Shown here: positions 20,301-26,947 of the stretch, piece after piece
Numbering within the stretch: the first letter of the stretch is position 1
Layout: each line of letters opens with the position of its first letter
Notes under the pieces: model-generated
Seen by the model: the letters and a program-made list of their open reading frames with translations, nothing else
Told to the model about the DNA's origin: nothing
The model's database searches: none
DNA from: an uncultured archaeon
GTDB lineage: Archaea; Asgardarchaeota; Thorarchaeia; Thorarchaeales; Thorarchaeaceae
Reading direction: 5' to 3'
Assembly: GCA_964473825.1 (NCBI GenBank)
Contig: CAYYQL010000006.1
Location: 8,903-72,902, forward strand
Length of the DNA: 64,000 nt
Translations under genes and position numbers: made by a program

Positions 20301-21134
20301 ATTGTCAATAACCCTTGTTGTCAATGATAGGTCAGCAAGAGTGGGAAGACCATATGTGTTGCGAATAGAAACCGGTGCTAGACTGCCCTCTAGAGCGCTT
20401 GCGGCCATATTGGCCAGATCTTGCTGCTCAAAGGTAATCTCAAAGCTGATGAGAACATGTTCACCCGTGGGCGCCTCCAAGAGTGGGCTGAAGAGCAGAG
20501 TGCCATAATCATCCGTTTCTAGATCGTACCGCACCAGCCTAGATTCTGCATCTGGCTGATAGCTTCCGGTTTCAACATGCCCCGTTGTGAACGAGTCTTC
20601 GATGACCAAGATAACGGGAAAGAGGGTGGGTAGTTCTATCTCACCAACATTGGGGCCTGCCGTCACATTGATGACGATGGTGTATATCTCATTACCAAGT
20701 AATTCTGCCTGAGCTCGAGTGATGATCTCAGGCCCCACGTCACGGATTGAGTCCCCCAGGGTTTTCCCCCAGCTCGAACCGTCGTATTCGTCATATGCTC
20801 CAGTCCGCCATAACTGAGGGGGTTGGTCGGGATACGCGTAGAAGACCACGTCATCTAAGTGATCAAGAATGTCGGGGGGGAGCTCTTGGTCCATGGGAAT
20901 ATCTGTGTAGTTGACATTCTCAAACCAGTTTGACTGCCCTCCAGCCCAGCTTATGTCATAGGGCCAAGGAGCGACATCATCATACTCTTCATGTGGAGTG
21001 TTCGTCCGAACTGCCCCCATCTGTATCACAATGAAGGTGTTTGCAGCCCATACGATTGTCAAGAGAAGAAAGATAGAGCTGAGAATGGTTGTGATACCCA
21101 TCTTACGTTTGGGCTTGACTTCGGCGGCACTCAC
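14325..21134 (-). CDS. Giant (2269 aa) bitopic surface protein: N-terminal anchor, transglutaminase-like core lacking the catalytic Cys, about 15 Ig-like/CarboxypepD_reg-like repeats, C-terminal TM span and DUF4129-like cytoplasmic domain
   Basis: The N-terminal TM span is ITTILSSIFLLLTIVWAANTFIVI. The core reads WFLERGGGLPMDFATAYCVFMRYLDIPARIAKGYAIGD...KHMMFWAEVFIP. Repeats of about 95 aa carry Y.L.ET..v.G.L.f.nGtp..ga.v.iyw.n......t.T.s.G.f.f.Y. The C-terminal TM span is ILVPSIALAGAVIVVLLYLYYV. The tail has ETAREYLDRV...FMYIYEEARFSGSEISRETYEEAV. Confidence 0.85.
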   Translation of the reverse strand: MSAAEVKPKRKMGITTILSSIFLLLTIVWAANTFIVIQMGAVRTNTPHEEYDDVAPWPYDISWAGGQSNWFENVNYTDIPMDQELPPDILDHLDDVVFYAYPDQPPQLWRTGAYDEYDGSSWGKTLGDSIRDVGPEIITRAQAELLGNEIYTIVINVTAGPNVGEIELPTLFPVILVIEDSFTTGHVETGSYQPDAESRLVRYDLETDDYGTLLFSPLLEAPTGEHVLISFEITFEQQDLANMAASALEGSLAPVSIRNTYGLPTLADLSLTTRVIDNITQFEDVGDNAFQTASVVESYFRSTFELMIEEPEVFERPDSGQEVTDWFLERGGGLPMDFATAYCVFMRYLDIPARIAKGYAIGDAQDGYRVLKVKHMMFWAEVFIPMSESSEGGEWRQILPIPLPPDMGGDEIPENVEQGDVQLWVWANVPEGWIEIGDEFTLSALLMVNYVPVSTSEFIVFRDLTDNMLLGSTMIEQGSELPLANITYSYEPGATPGLHNITATYHASTYDVQNFTLLYVVAQPDPLQPLPSSFDSVFSPAETIDMNLKLGSDNYTGAWDDTVYAHGLMTVGGEPVDGTTLNNDQMQIMWDETWMGNATIQADGTYELDIFVDPADSRMAPGTHEVWSSYAGEYNDEGIPILLPARSAENSTITLSGKIEIALTVTPTSAYPGAELLYDGIAEMLNGTPLSSETINMFFDGVLVDSDSTNSTGGFSGSYTIPAGQETGTYDAVANWTTTLSGILGNWSNTVQIEVTIRASSLTIDSTPRAPEVVHPYQNITIFGYLTDVLNGSGLVGQEVDIYWDNGTTPQLIGTVDTTGGGYYELNYTVPVGYLGPVTYWSEFISTDPEYDGSRSSNMTISVEKWITEVLIDVDETTLHPLEYVNITGNVSVPEMGALLGGAPVTIWWGNSTGPHNLTVVLTDGGNGQYQFTHQVPLNHGYETFSIWAEFAPDSDVFANDISDNVTITVTYYPTAVSVFSNSTYYHLNETVYVWGQLQFTNGTPISGATIDIYWDNGTLQQTFQRLTNSTGWYNFTYELDTSDGPSTVNLTVAFTSWSRLYGNSSNTLTPDITLQLYQLNLNANTDNTEYHLDETITFSGTLTFDENGAPISGATVTIYYQNSTSTYQYTRLTESAGAFTFFYNLSVGSDSFETVRLWASYNSSKPDLWADAQSANRDVDLIPYELTLTTSTNSTSYHLNETIWVYGQLAFLDGTGIAGEDVTLYWDWGDGTIDSYPALTTNSSGFFNFSYTCSPTTNSPGAVTVWAEYTSTEALWGNASSAPGAGFDLVLYQPTFSMDVPAAVYLDETLVIQGNLTYSSGTPPLTDADVRIYLFEGDSWVLLGTVQTNSSGGFRYLYNFTLGVQSEGSYDFKCNYTSTSPLDANATTSLLTVNAQRYLVNLDISISSSSVKLNESLSIYVHLYFSNGTDISGENVTIWWYNGTDYVIDWVLTDANGESTFVHTGFQEHTQWVGIEIYATFAGTLLLSTNESVHEPLQLEQWQTLISGFMTGGSTDYYISDYVPLNGTLFYDLSGPDVPYAYVTLQIIFDGNNVGTVSTDSDGYFYILWQIPQSTSPGRYDIWIELQPTENWIAGTVSDVSTLNISAMTIVWTIGATPSVVYREHSLNITGTMVLDNGTPYSFVDVDIYWDHSSDTEGQILLGTVQTDINGVFQYVFTLDSTTPLGTTVVWAYCLPPDSFVSPSQSDSISIDIQLIPVAIAADSISSSLYRGEDVIVTGTLSFGNGTAMAGYTVELVWDGSVEAASPTNSSGGFTLSYEIPWDHWLGDVPFVVRFVSPSVAYEDAQTSPQILQVRDLVVIVLDEQSVFTLERGDTLTITGTASNEGGAAVDVTISVYANGSSTGQSAVTDTAGEFSIDILIPQDAQAAIYEITVAAESSYVDVESNPDIWTVEIHLRSELSVDLLTNEDVMAGETIQIDIRLLDEDGNAIDGTVLLFLNDTEVESRRINSLSWTTITITIPLDWSRASGRYFVNLAYNGGGLINGDEVQSTEAVHVFIGADLDNTTPERIQFGDDLIISGTLYNDGSSTRLPIAGRTLVISIGGQEETVITDSDGNFSHKWLGQLGNGSITYTITILSDANNMTVGSYTLQIQTNTGGFMQSFIDILVPSIALAGAVIVVLLYLYYVKGMFRSPTKRTGMDIPSKLRNIKKLAGAGKYAQSITLAYRTFEQMCGMKIGSERLASETAREYLDRVLKSLPLESTDAERFMYIYEEARFSGSEISRETYEEAVRIFTDIYPRIDVGAMSE

Positions 21135-21327
21135 CAGGCTTTCACTCTCATAGACTCAGCGTGCACATTCTCGTTGTGGGAGATGGCGGTCTCTGACTAG
21201 TCCGGTTCGATGTATCTTCCTGAGGATTAAAGGATTTCTTGTCCAGTCTCAATACGATCGTCAAAGAGGACGCCTCAAGAGCGAAAGAGCCAAGAAACCG
21301 AGATCTTGCTAGAAGATAGGACGGTGA

Positions 21328-21942
21328 ATGGCCTTGAACGATTATATTGAAATGATTCATGAGAGAGTCAAAGCTGCATTACAGGGTAATGAGCTAGGAG
21401 CACATACCTATGACCATTCATTACGCGTTCTCGAGATTGCTCTCAGAATAGGTCATGAAGAAGGTGCTAATCTGAGGGTTTTATCTGCAGCTGCACTGCT
21501 CCACGACATCGGTCGAGTAAGAGAGGGGGAGACTGGTACATCCCACGCCGTCCTGTCAGGACAGATGGCACGACCAGTCCTAGAAGAAGCAGGTTATGCA
21601 GATGAGGAGGTTTCTCTTGTCGTTGACGCAATCAGAACACATCGCTTCAGCGAAGGACTGAGTCCAAACACTCTGGAGGGGGAGATATTGAGTGATGCGG
21701 ATAAGCTGGATGCTATGGGGGCCATAGGAGCATATCGTGCAATTGCTCAATCGGCAGTCACTGGTGTTGGCATGGAGGGCTTCTTGAAACACGCAGATGA
21801 GAAACTGCTTCGCCTCTATGAACTCCTCTATACTCAGACAGCGAAGCAGCTAGGCAAACAGCGACATCGCATCCTAGAGCTGCTTGTTGAAGAGATGAGA
21901 AGAGAAGTCGCTTCCGCAGAACAGACTATGATTCACGACTGA
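21328..21942 (+). CDS. HD-domain metal-dependent phosphohydrolase
   Basis: It has H...LRV, LLHDIGR and SDADKLDAMGAIG, which is the classic HD superfamily spacing. Confidence 0.85.
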   Translation: MALNDYIEMIHERVKAALQGNELGAHTYDHSLRVLEIALRIGHEEGANLRVLSAAALLHDIGRVREGETGTSHAVLSGQMARPVLEEAGYADEEVSLVVDAIRTHRFSEGLSPNTLEGEILSDADKLDAMGAIGAYRAIAQSAVTGVGMEGFLKHADEKLLRLYELLYTQTAKQLGKQRHRILELLVEEMRREVASAEQTMIHD

Positions 21943-22570
21943 GTAGCAGTTCCAGATAAGACAGTCGGATTGAACGCTCGGGATCCAATCCCAAGATCTC
22001 TGCCAGTTCAAGCAGATGGTCTCGTTTCTCTTCAATCTGAGACTTGTACTCGGTCTCGGTCTCGAGTTCTATGAAATGGCCGAGAGAGTCCACTCTATCC
22101 ACTGAAACATGAGCGTCCTTCAAGAGGTAGTCGTGCCGCTCCTTGCGCACTGTATAGACCTTGGTGAATCCCAATGCGAGCAGTAATGACTCAGCACACT
22201 CTCGGCTGTCAACAGGCACCGAAAGCTCAGCTCTTGTCTTGGACTTGTCATCAACCTTGGGACCCTTATAGGTCAACTCGATATGAGGGGGTGAGTTCGT
22301 CCTTGCATCGTTTTCCGGACGCTGATATCTGATTCGTAGAGCCTCATCAGTCTCGGCAAAGGTCCGACAGGGATGATCATAGTAGGTATCCTCCTGAAAG
22401 ACTGATTCAGTCCTTTTCCCGCCTGCATCCATTAACCGTTCTATCACGTCTTCTACCTGATTTTCGAACACTCTGAACTTGGTTTCGACTTCGAACACAT
22501 TCATGTAGGTCACCTTGTTCTCAAGACTCATGTGCGCCGTATCCGTCGTTGCACCGAGGCCGTAACTCAC
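21926..22570 (-). CDS. CYTH-domain protein (CyaB/triphosphate tunnel metalloenzyme family)
   Basis: It has EVETKFRV at the first strand, DTYYD, ALRIR, LTYKGP, VRKERHDY and VDRVDSLGHFIELE. Confidence 0.8.
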   Translation of the reverse strand: MSYGLGATTDTAHMSLENKVTYMNVFEVETKFRVFENQVEDVIERLMDAGGKRTESVFQEDTYYDHPCRTFAETDEALRIRYQRPENDARTNSPPHIELTYKGPKVDDKSKTRAELSVPVDSRECAESLLLALGFTKVYTVRKERHDYLLKDAHVSVDRVDSLGHFIELETETEYKSQIEEKRDHLLELAEILGLDPERSIRLSYLELLLSRES

Positions 22571-22576
22571 TTAACC

Positions 22577-23857
22577 ATGCATATATGTCGTCCATATGTT
22601 GGTGACGGTTTGGTCAAATACAAGCAAATACAGTGTGCGGGATGTGGAAAGACCTATGACTTCAATGAAGTGCCCCCCAATGATGGGTGCGGAGGAAGGA
22701 TAGACTTCCATCTCGACATCGACACACTCCGGAATGTCATCGAGAAAGAACGAAACAAAACGACTGGCGGTATATGGAAGTACTTTGATTTCTTGCCGCT
22801 CCGTCACAGAGACAGCGGGTTGACTCTGGGAGAAGGTAACACGCCATTGGTGAGGAGTCAAAGACTTGCCGAGTATCTCGGAGTGAAGAATCTACACTTG
22901 AAAATCGAAACAATGAATCCCTCCGGATCATTCAAGGACAGACCAATCTGTGTCGGCGTGAGCCGTGCTGCAGAAGATGGGGTGAAGACTGTAGCTGCGG
23001 CATCGTCAGGAAATGCCGCTGCTTCCATGGCAACTTATGCCGCTCGAGCAGGGCTTGATGCCGTTGTTCTTGTACCCGAAAAGACACCAGCTGGCAAGAC
23101 AGTACATCTGCAGACACTGGGAGCCCACGTCTTTAGGGTCAGGAAAGAAGACGAGGGCGTGGATCCAACAACCACGCTCCTGAAAAAAGCGTGCAATGAG
23201 TTTGGCTGGGTACCGATTCCGTCCTTCGGACCTTTCAATTGCTTTCAGTTCGAGGGAAACAAGACGATAGGATATGAAGTGTCAGAGCAGATGGAGTGGG
23301 AACCCCCAGAGTGGGTGCTCTTTCCCACAGGTAGTGGGGGGCTGATGGCAGGTACTATGAAGGGGTTCGTCGAATACGAACAGCTTGGCTTCATAGAAGA
23401 TATACCACGACCTGTTGTGGTTCAACCAGAGGGCTGTTCACCCATAGTGCGTGCCTTTCAAGACCAGGTTGAGCCAGATAATATTATACCCTGGGACTCG
23501 AATGAAACTGTTGCGGGAGGCCTCGCAGACCCCTTCCCCTGGGATGGGGACGCAGCGCTCAAGTACCTAGATGAACTGGAGGGGCAGGCGGTTTCAGTCA
23601 CTGATGAGAAGATAAAGGAGTATATGCTTCGTCTTGCCACCCTTGAGGGAATATTCGCGGAACCAAGCGGAGTCGCAGCACTGGCAGGTCTTGAGATTCT
23701 GCTGTCTGATGGCGTCATCAATTCAAGAGATTCAATATTGGTGCCAATAACGGGTTCAGGATTCAAAGATCTCGCCCTCGCTCAGACCCTTACTACTGAG
23801 GCTCCTGTAATCAGACCAAGAACAGAAGATCTCAACAAGCATCTTGGAGTGGACTAG
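22577..23857 (+). CDS. thrC: Threonine synthase with an N-terminal zinc-ribbon
   Basis: It has CAGCGK...CGG, the PLP-lysine motif NPSGSFKDRP, the PLP phosphate loop PTGSGG, and a 426-aa length from the ATG at 22577. The track's 22532 start would overlap the divergent CYTH gene. Confidence 0.85.
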   Translation: MHICRPYVGDGLVKYKQIQCAGCGKTYDFNEVPPNDGCGGRIDFHLDIDTLRNVIEKERNKTTGGIWKYFDFLPLRHRDSGLTLGEGNTPLVRSQRLAEYLGVKNLHLKIETMNPSGSFKDRPICVGVSRAAEDGVKTVAAASSGNAAASMATYAARAGLDAVVLVPEKTPAGKTVHLQTLGAHVFRVRKEDEGVDPTTTLLKKACNEFGWVPIPSFGPFNCFQFEGNKTIGYEVSEQMEWEPPEWVLFPTGSGGLMAGTMKGFVEYEQLGFIEDIPRPVVVQPEGCSPIVRAFQDQVEPDNIIPWDSNETVAGGLADPFPWDGDAALKYLDELEGQAVSVTDEKIKEYMLRLATLEGIFAEPSGVAALAGLEILLSDGVINSRDSILVPITGSGFKDLALAQTLTTEAPVIRPRTEDLNKHLGVD

Positions 23858-23858
23858 C

Positions 23859-24308
23859 ATGAATGCTGAGATGAAGCAATTCATGGATGAGGCAATCCGA
23901 GAAGCAGAGAGGAGCCTAGAAGAGGGCGGAATTCCTATTGGCTCGGTTCTAGTGATTGATGGAGATATAGTTGGAAAGGGACACAACAGACGCATACAGA
24001 AAGGAAGCGCCATTCTTCATGCAGAGATGGACTGTCTTGAAAATGCGGGCAGATTGTCTGCCTCCAAGTATAGACGCTCTACTCTCTATTCCACATTATC
24101 GCCTTGCGATATGTGTAGCGGAGCGGTATTGCTGTACAGAATACCCAAGGTTGTAATCGGTGAGAACAAGAATTTCAGCGGGCCCGAAGACTATCTGAGA
24201 GAGCGAGGCGTCAACGTGGTCGTCCTCGACGATAGAGAGTGTGTTACGCTGATGGAGAGCTTCATCAAATCCAGACCGGATGTCTGGAGAGAGGACATTG
24301 GAGAGTGA
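23859..24308 (+). CDS. CMP/dCMP-type zinc deaminase, FCY1-like cytosine deaminase subtype
   Basis: It has HAEMDCLE and SPCDMCSGA zinc motifs. The product is colinear with yeast-type cytosine deaminase down to the C-terminal ...SRPDVWREDIGE. The ATG lies 2 nt after the thrC stop. Confidence 0.75.
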   Translation: MNAEMKQFMDEAIREAERSLEEGGIPIGSVLVIDGDIVGKGHNRRIQKGSAILHAEMDCLENAGRLSASKYRRSTLYSTLSPCDMCSGAVLLYRIPKVVIGENKNFSGPEDYLRERGVNVVVLDDRECVTLMESFIKSRPDVWREDIGE

Positions 24309-24341
24309 GGCTCTCCGAATTGCGCTCGGTGGTAGTGGTTC

Positions 24342-25310
24342 ATGAAGACAAGAGATAGGAAACAGAAAGCGAGGGAGTTGGCTCAGAGATTCGGATATCT
24401 TCCCTACATGACCGAGAGATACCTGGCTCTATGGGGAGAGAACGAAACAATCGAATTCCTACAGGCATGTGAGAAGCCCCCTAGAACATCAATTCGAGTC
24501 AACACTCTGAAGACTGGAAAGAAGGAGCTCATGGAAGCACTCGACAAAAAGGATGTGGCTCTGGAGGAGATTTCATGGCTCGAAGAGGGCCTATATGCCG
24601 ACTTCCAAGGATTCTCCCCAGGTTCACTCACAGAGTACATGCTAGGACACTACTATGTCCAAGGAGTCCCTTCGATGGCTGTGGTGAAGGCGCTTGACCC
24701 TAGACCAGACGAAACTGTCTTCGACCTGGCAGCTGCACCGGGAGGGAAGACAACTCATATTGCTCAGCTGATGGATAACTCAGGGAAGGTCGTTGCCATC
24801 GAACAGGACCGTGAGAGAATCAGGAGCCTTGAAAGCAACATTCTCCGTTGCGGAGTGAAGAATTCGATTGTTCTAAGAGGAGATGCCCGCAAACTAGATG
24901 AGCTTGAAATAGAACCGGACAGGATTCTGTTGGATGCTCCCTGTTCCGGGGAGGGGCTCCTAGCAGTTGACCCCGAACGTAAGACCAGCAAGAGCATGGC
25001 GGATATCAGATTCTGCGCTACTATCGAGGATCAACTCCTTGACGCAGCAGTCCAATCTCTCCGTTCAGGAGGGGTTATTCTCTACTCAACATGTTCGATT
25101 GCTCCTGAGGAGGGCGAGTATATTGTGGATGGAATGCTGCGTAAGCATCCAAATCTCAAACTCATTGACATTGAACCGAAGATGGGTGTGCCTGCGTTCA
25201 CATCTCCATATGGTGTACAGATGGACGAGTCATTAGAGAAGGCAAGACGGTTGCTACCGCACCTACACGGAACTGAGGGGTTTTTCATTTGCAAGATGAT
25301 GAAGGATTGA
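24342..25310 (+). CDS. NOL1/NOP2/Sun-family RNA cytosine-C5 methyltransferase
   Basis: It has DLAAAPGGKTTHIAQL (SAM motif I), LLDAPCSGEG (motif IV Cys) and YSTCS (motif VI Cys). Confidence 0.9.
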   Translation: MKTRDRKQKARELAQRFGYLPYMTERYLALWGENETIEFLQACEKPPRTSIRVNTLKTGKKELMEALDKKDVALEEISWLEEGLYADFQGFSPGSLTEYMLGHYYVQGVPSMAVVKALDPRPDETVFDLAAAPGGKTTHIAQLMDNSGKVVAIEQDRERIRSLESNILRCGVKNSIVLRGDARKLDELEIEPDRILLDAPCSGEGLLAVDPERKTSKSMADIRFCATIEDQLLDAAVQSLRSGGVILYSTCSIAPEEGEYIVDGMLRKHPNLKLIDIEPKMGVPAFTSPYGVQMDESLEKARRLLPHLHGTEGFFICKMMKD

Positions 25311-25366
25311 AATGATCATGAAATGGATCTCAACAACTCCGCAACCAGATCAGAAAAGAAAGACGG

Positions 25367-25915
25367 GTGAGATGCATGGTTAGTCTTATTGAACCCCACT
25401 TCTGGGATGACATTAAGAGCCAGGTTGATAGAGACTTCGGAGAAGGAGTGACACAGAGACTACTGGGAAAGAGAGCCCCAGTGGTCATCGATCGTGGAAA
25501 GAAGCAGTCGGTCTATTTCATCCCAATGGATTGGGTTCATCTCGTTGACTCTGATTTTGGGAGATTCAGGCTTCGATGCCTTGGGACTTGGCTCGGCGAA
25601 ATGTCGGGAGATACGTTAATGCTCAGCATCGGCATACTTGCAGAACTAGACCCTCTAACTGAGAGCAAGATAACAGTACATAGAAGGGGTGCAGAGGCCT
25701 TCACCTACGGAAGAAGCATTCTAAAGGAGTCTGTGTTCTCTCTTCCGAGTCATCTAAGCCGCGGACAACGTGTCCTTGTCATCGATGAACATGGTGCCTG
25801 TATTGGAATGGCTGCTCTGGCCATTGACGCAACACTTCTTGACCGTTTGGGACAGGAGAAGCTTGTGGCCAAGAATCTCGTTGATATCGGCTGGTATCTA
25901 AGACGCTATAGTTAG
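25367..25915 (+). CDS. NIP7-like (UPF0113) PUA-domain protein
   Basis: The C-terminal half reads GAEAFTYGRSILKESV...GQRVLVIDEHGACIGMAALAID...LVAKNLVDIGWYLR, the Nip7/PUA pattern. It follows an NSUN methyltransferase. Confidence 0.6.
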   Translation: MRCMVSLIEPHFWDDIKSQVDRDFGEGVTQRLLGKRAPVVIDRGKKQSVYFIPMDWVHLVDSDFGRFRLRCLGTWLGEMSGDTLMLSIGILAELDPLTESKITVHRRGAEAFTYGRSILKESVFSLPSHLSRGQRVLVIDEHGACIGMAALAIDATLLDRLGQEKLVAKNLVDIGWYLRRYS

Positions 25916-26655
25916 ACGAACATGTCCGTGGAACGGTCTTCGGACTCTATGGACTTTCGCATCTTTTCCAAGCGTTCAATCTCTTTGCTCTCCTCGAGGA
26001 GCTGGTCTACGTCTGCATCCAACCCGTATACTTCATTGATCTTGCCGAGCATGGTAGCTGCTGAGCGTGGATCGGGCCTACCGCGAGTGGCATAGGTCAA
26101 GAGGCCAAGCGCTGGTGCGTTGCGCATTTCAAGTTCGGCCAGAAGGAGAGCCAAGGGTCCGGCCACGAATAGACCTTCCTCCAAGACTGGAACGTTCCAC
26201 TTTTCCAGCTGGGGAGCATAGGCGGATGTGGGAACGCATCGCATATCCTCATCATCTTCTTGGAAACTGGCATCCAGCCCTCCCAGAAGAAGTATGTCCG
26301 CGAATTGATGTGTGCTGATCCATTCAGCAAGACGGCCGACAAAATTCCATTGTTCTGACTGATGAGGCTGGAAACGCGGGACTAGGAATACAATCTTCTC
26401 GTGGATATATATCTCGAAGGGTAGAACTAGTTTCTCATCTTCTATGGAAACAAAGAGGGGTAGCATATCGCTACGTATGAAGCCAATTTGTTGAGCATCG
26501 AGTGTCCGAGCCAGATGTGCAGTGCTCAAGAATCCGACTTCGCCAAGTCCGTGAAATCCACATACAAATGTAGCATTCTTGGGTATCTTGACCCCATCCT
26601 TCAGAATTATCTCGAAATGTGAATCCCTTGTTGATACGAATGCCATTACGGTCAA
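25912..26655 (-). CDS. PAC2-family proteasome assembly chaperone-like protein
   Basis: FVCGFHGLGEVGFLSTAHLARTLDA (G.pG.G.vG) is near the N-terminus. The 247-aa product has an acidic helical C-terminal tail. Confidence 0.65.
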   Translation of the reverse strand: MTVMAFVSTRDSHFEIILKDGVKIPKNATFVCGFHGLGEVGFLSTAHLARTLDAQQIGFIRSDMLPLFVSIEDEKLVLPFEIYIHEKIVFLVPRFQPHQSEQWNFVGRLAEWISTHQFADILLLGGLDASFQEDDEDMRCVPTSAYAPQLEKWNVPVLEEGLFVAGPLALLLAELEMRNAPALGLLTYATRGRPDPRSAATMLGKINEVYGLDADVDQLLEESKEIERLEKMRKSIESEDRSTDMFV

Positions 26656-26906
26656 ACCTCATGTCTTCAAATGGACAGTCTCACGTAGACTATCAGTGTT
26701 CATTAAGGAGCCACTGAGGACGTCCTTTTGTATCTGTGTATAATGCAGTTCTTGCAAGTATCATTGAGAATCGCCCGTCAGAAACTTCTCTATTCCGCCA
26801 GTACCCATCAGCATTCGCAGACCGAATCGCTCACTTTCTTCATTCATTGGAGACCCGGACTTTTTGTCGAGAGAGTATGCGAAAAACTAATAGCACTTGA
26901 TAACCT

Positions 26907-26920
26907 CTACTATATAGTAG
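26907..26920 (+). promoter_or_regulatory. Palindromic TATA-like element (CTACTATATAGTAG)
   Basis: This perfect 14-nt palindrome is centred about 34 nt upstream of the TTG start at 26948, which is compatible with a leaderless or short-leader transcript. Confidence 0.35.
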
Positions 26921-26947
26921 ATATGCTATCAGGGGGGCGAAACCACC

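Noticed and set aside
14446-20854. Many 60-124-aa ORFs on both strands inside the 2269-aa gene, for example 14895-15179, 17987-18361 and 20010-20327.
   Set aside because: They all lie within one long uninterrupted frame that has clear domain structure. Their translations are low-complexity or compositionally odd, which is typical of shadow ORFs.
14325-21134. The giant gene could be an assembly artefact of collapsed or expanded DNA repeats.
   Set aside because: The repeat units are similar only at protein-motif level. I saw no long near-identical nucleotide repeats, and the frame is unbroken over 6.8 kb.
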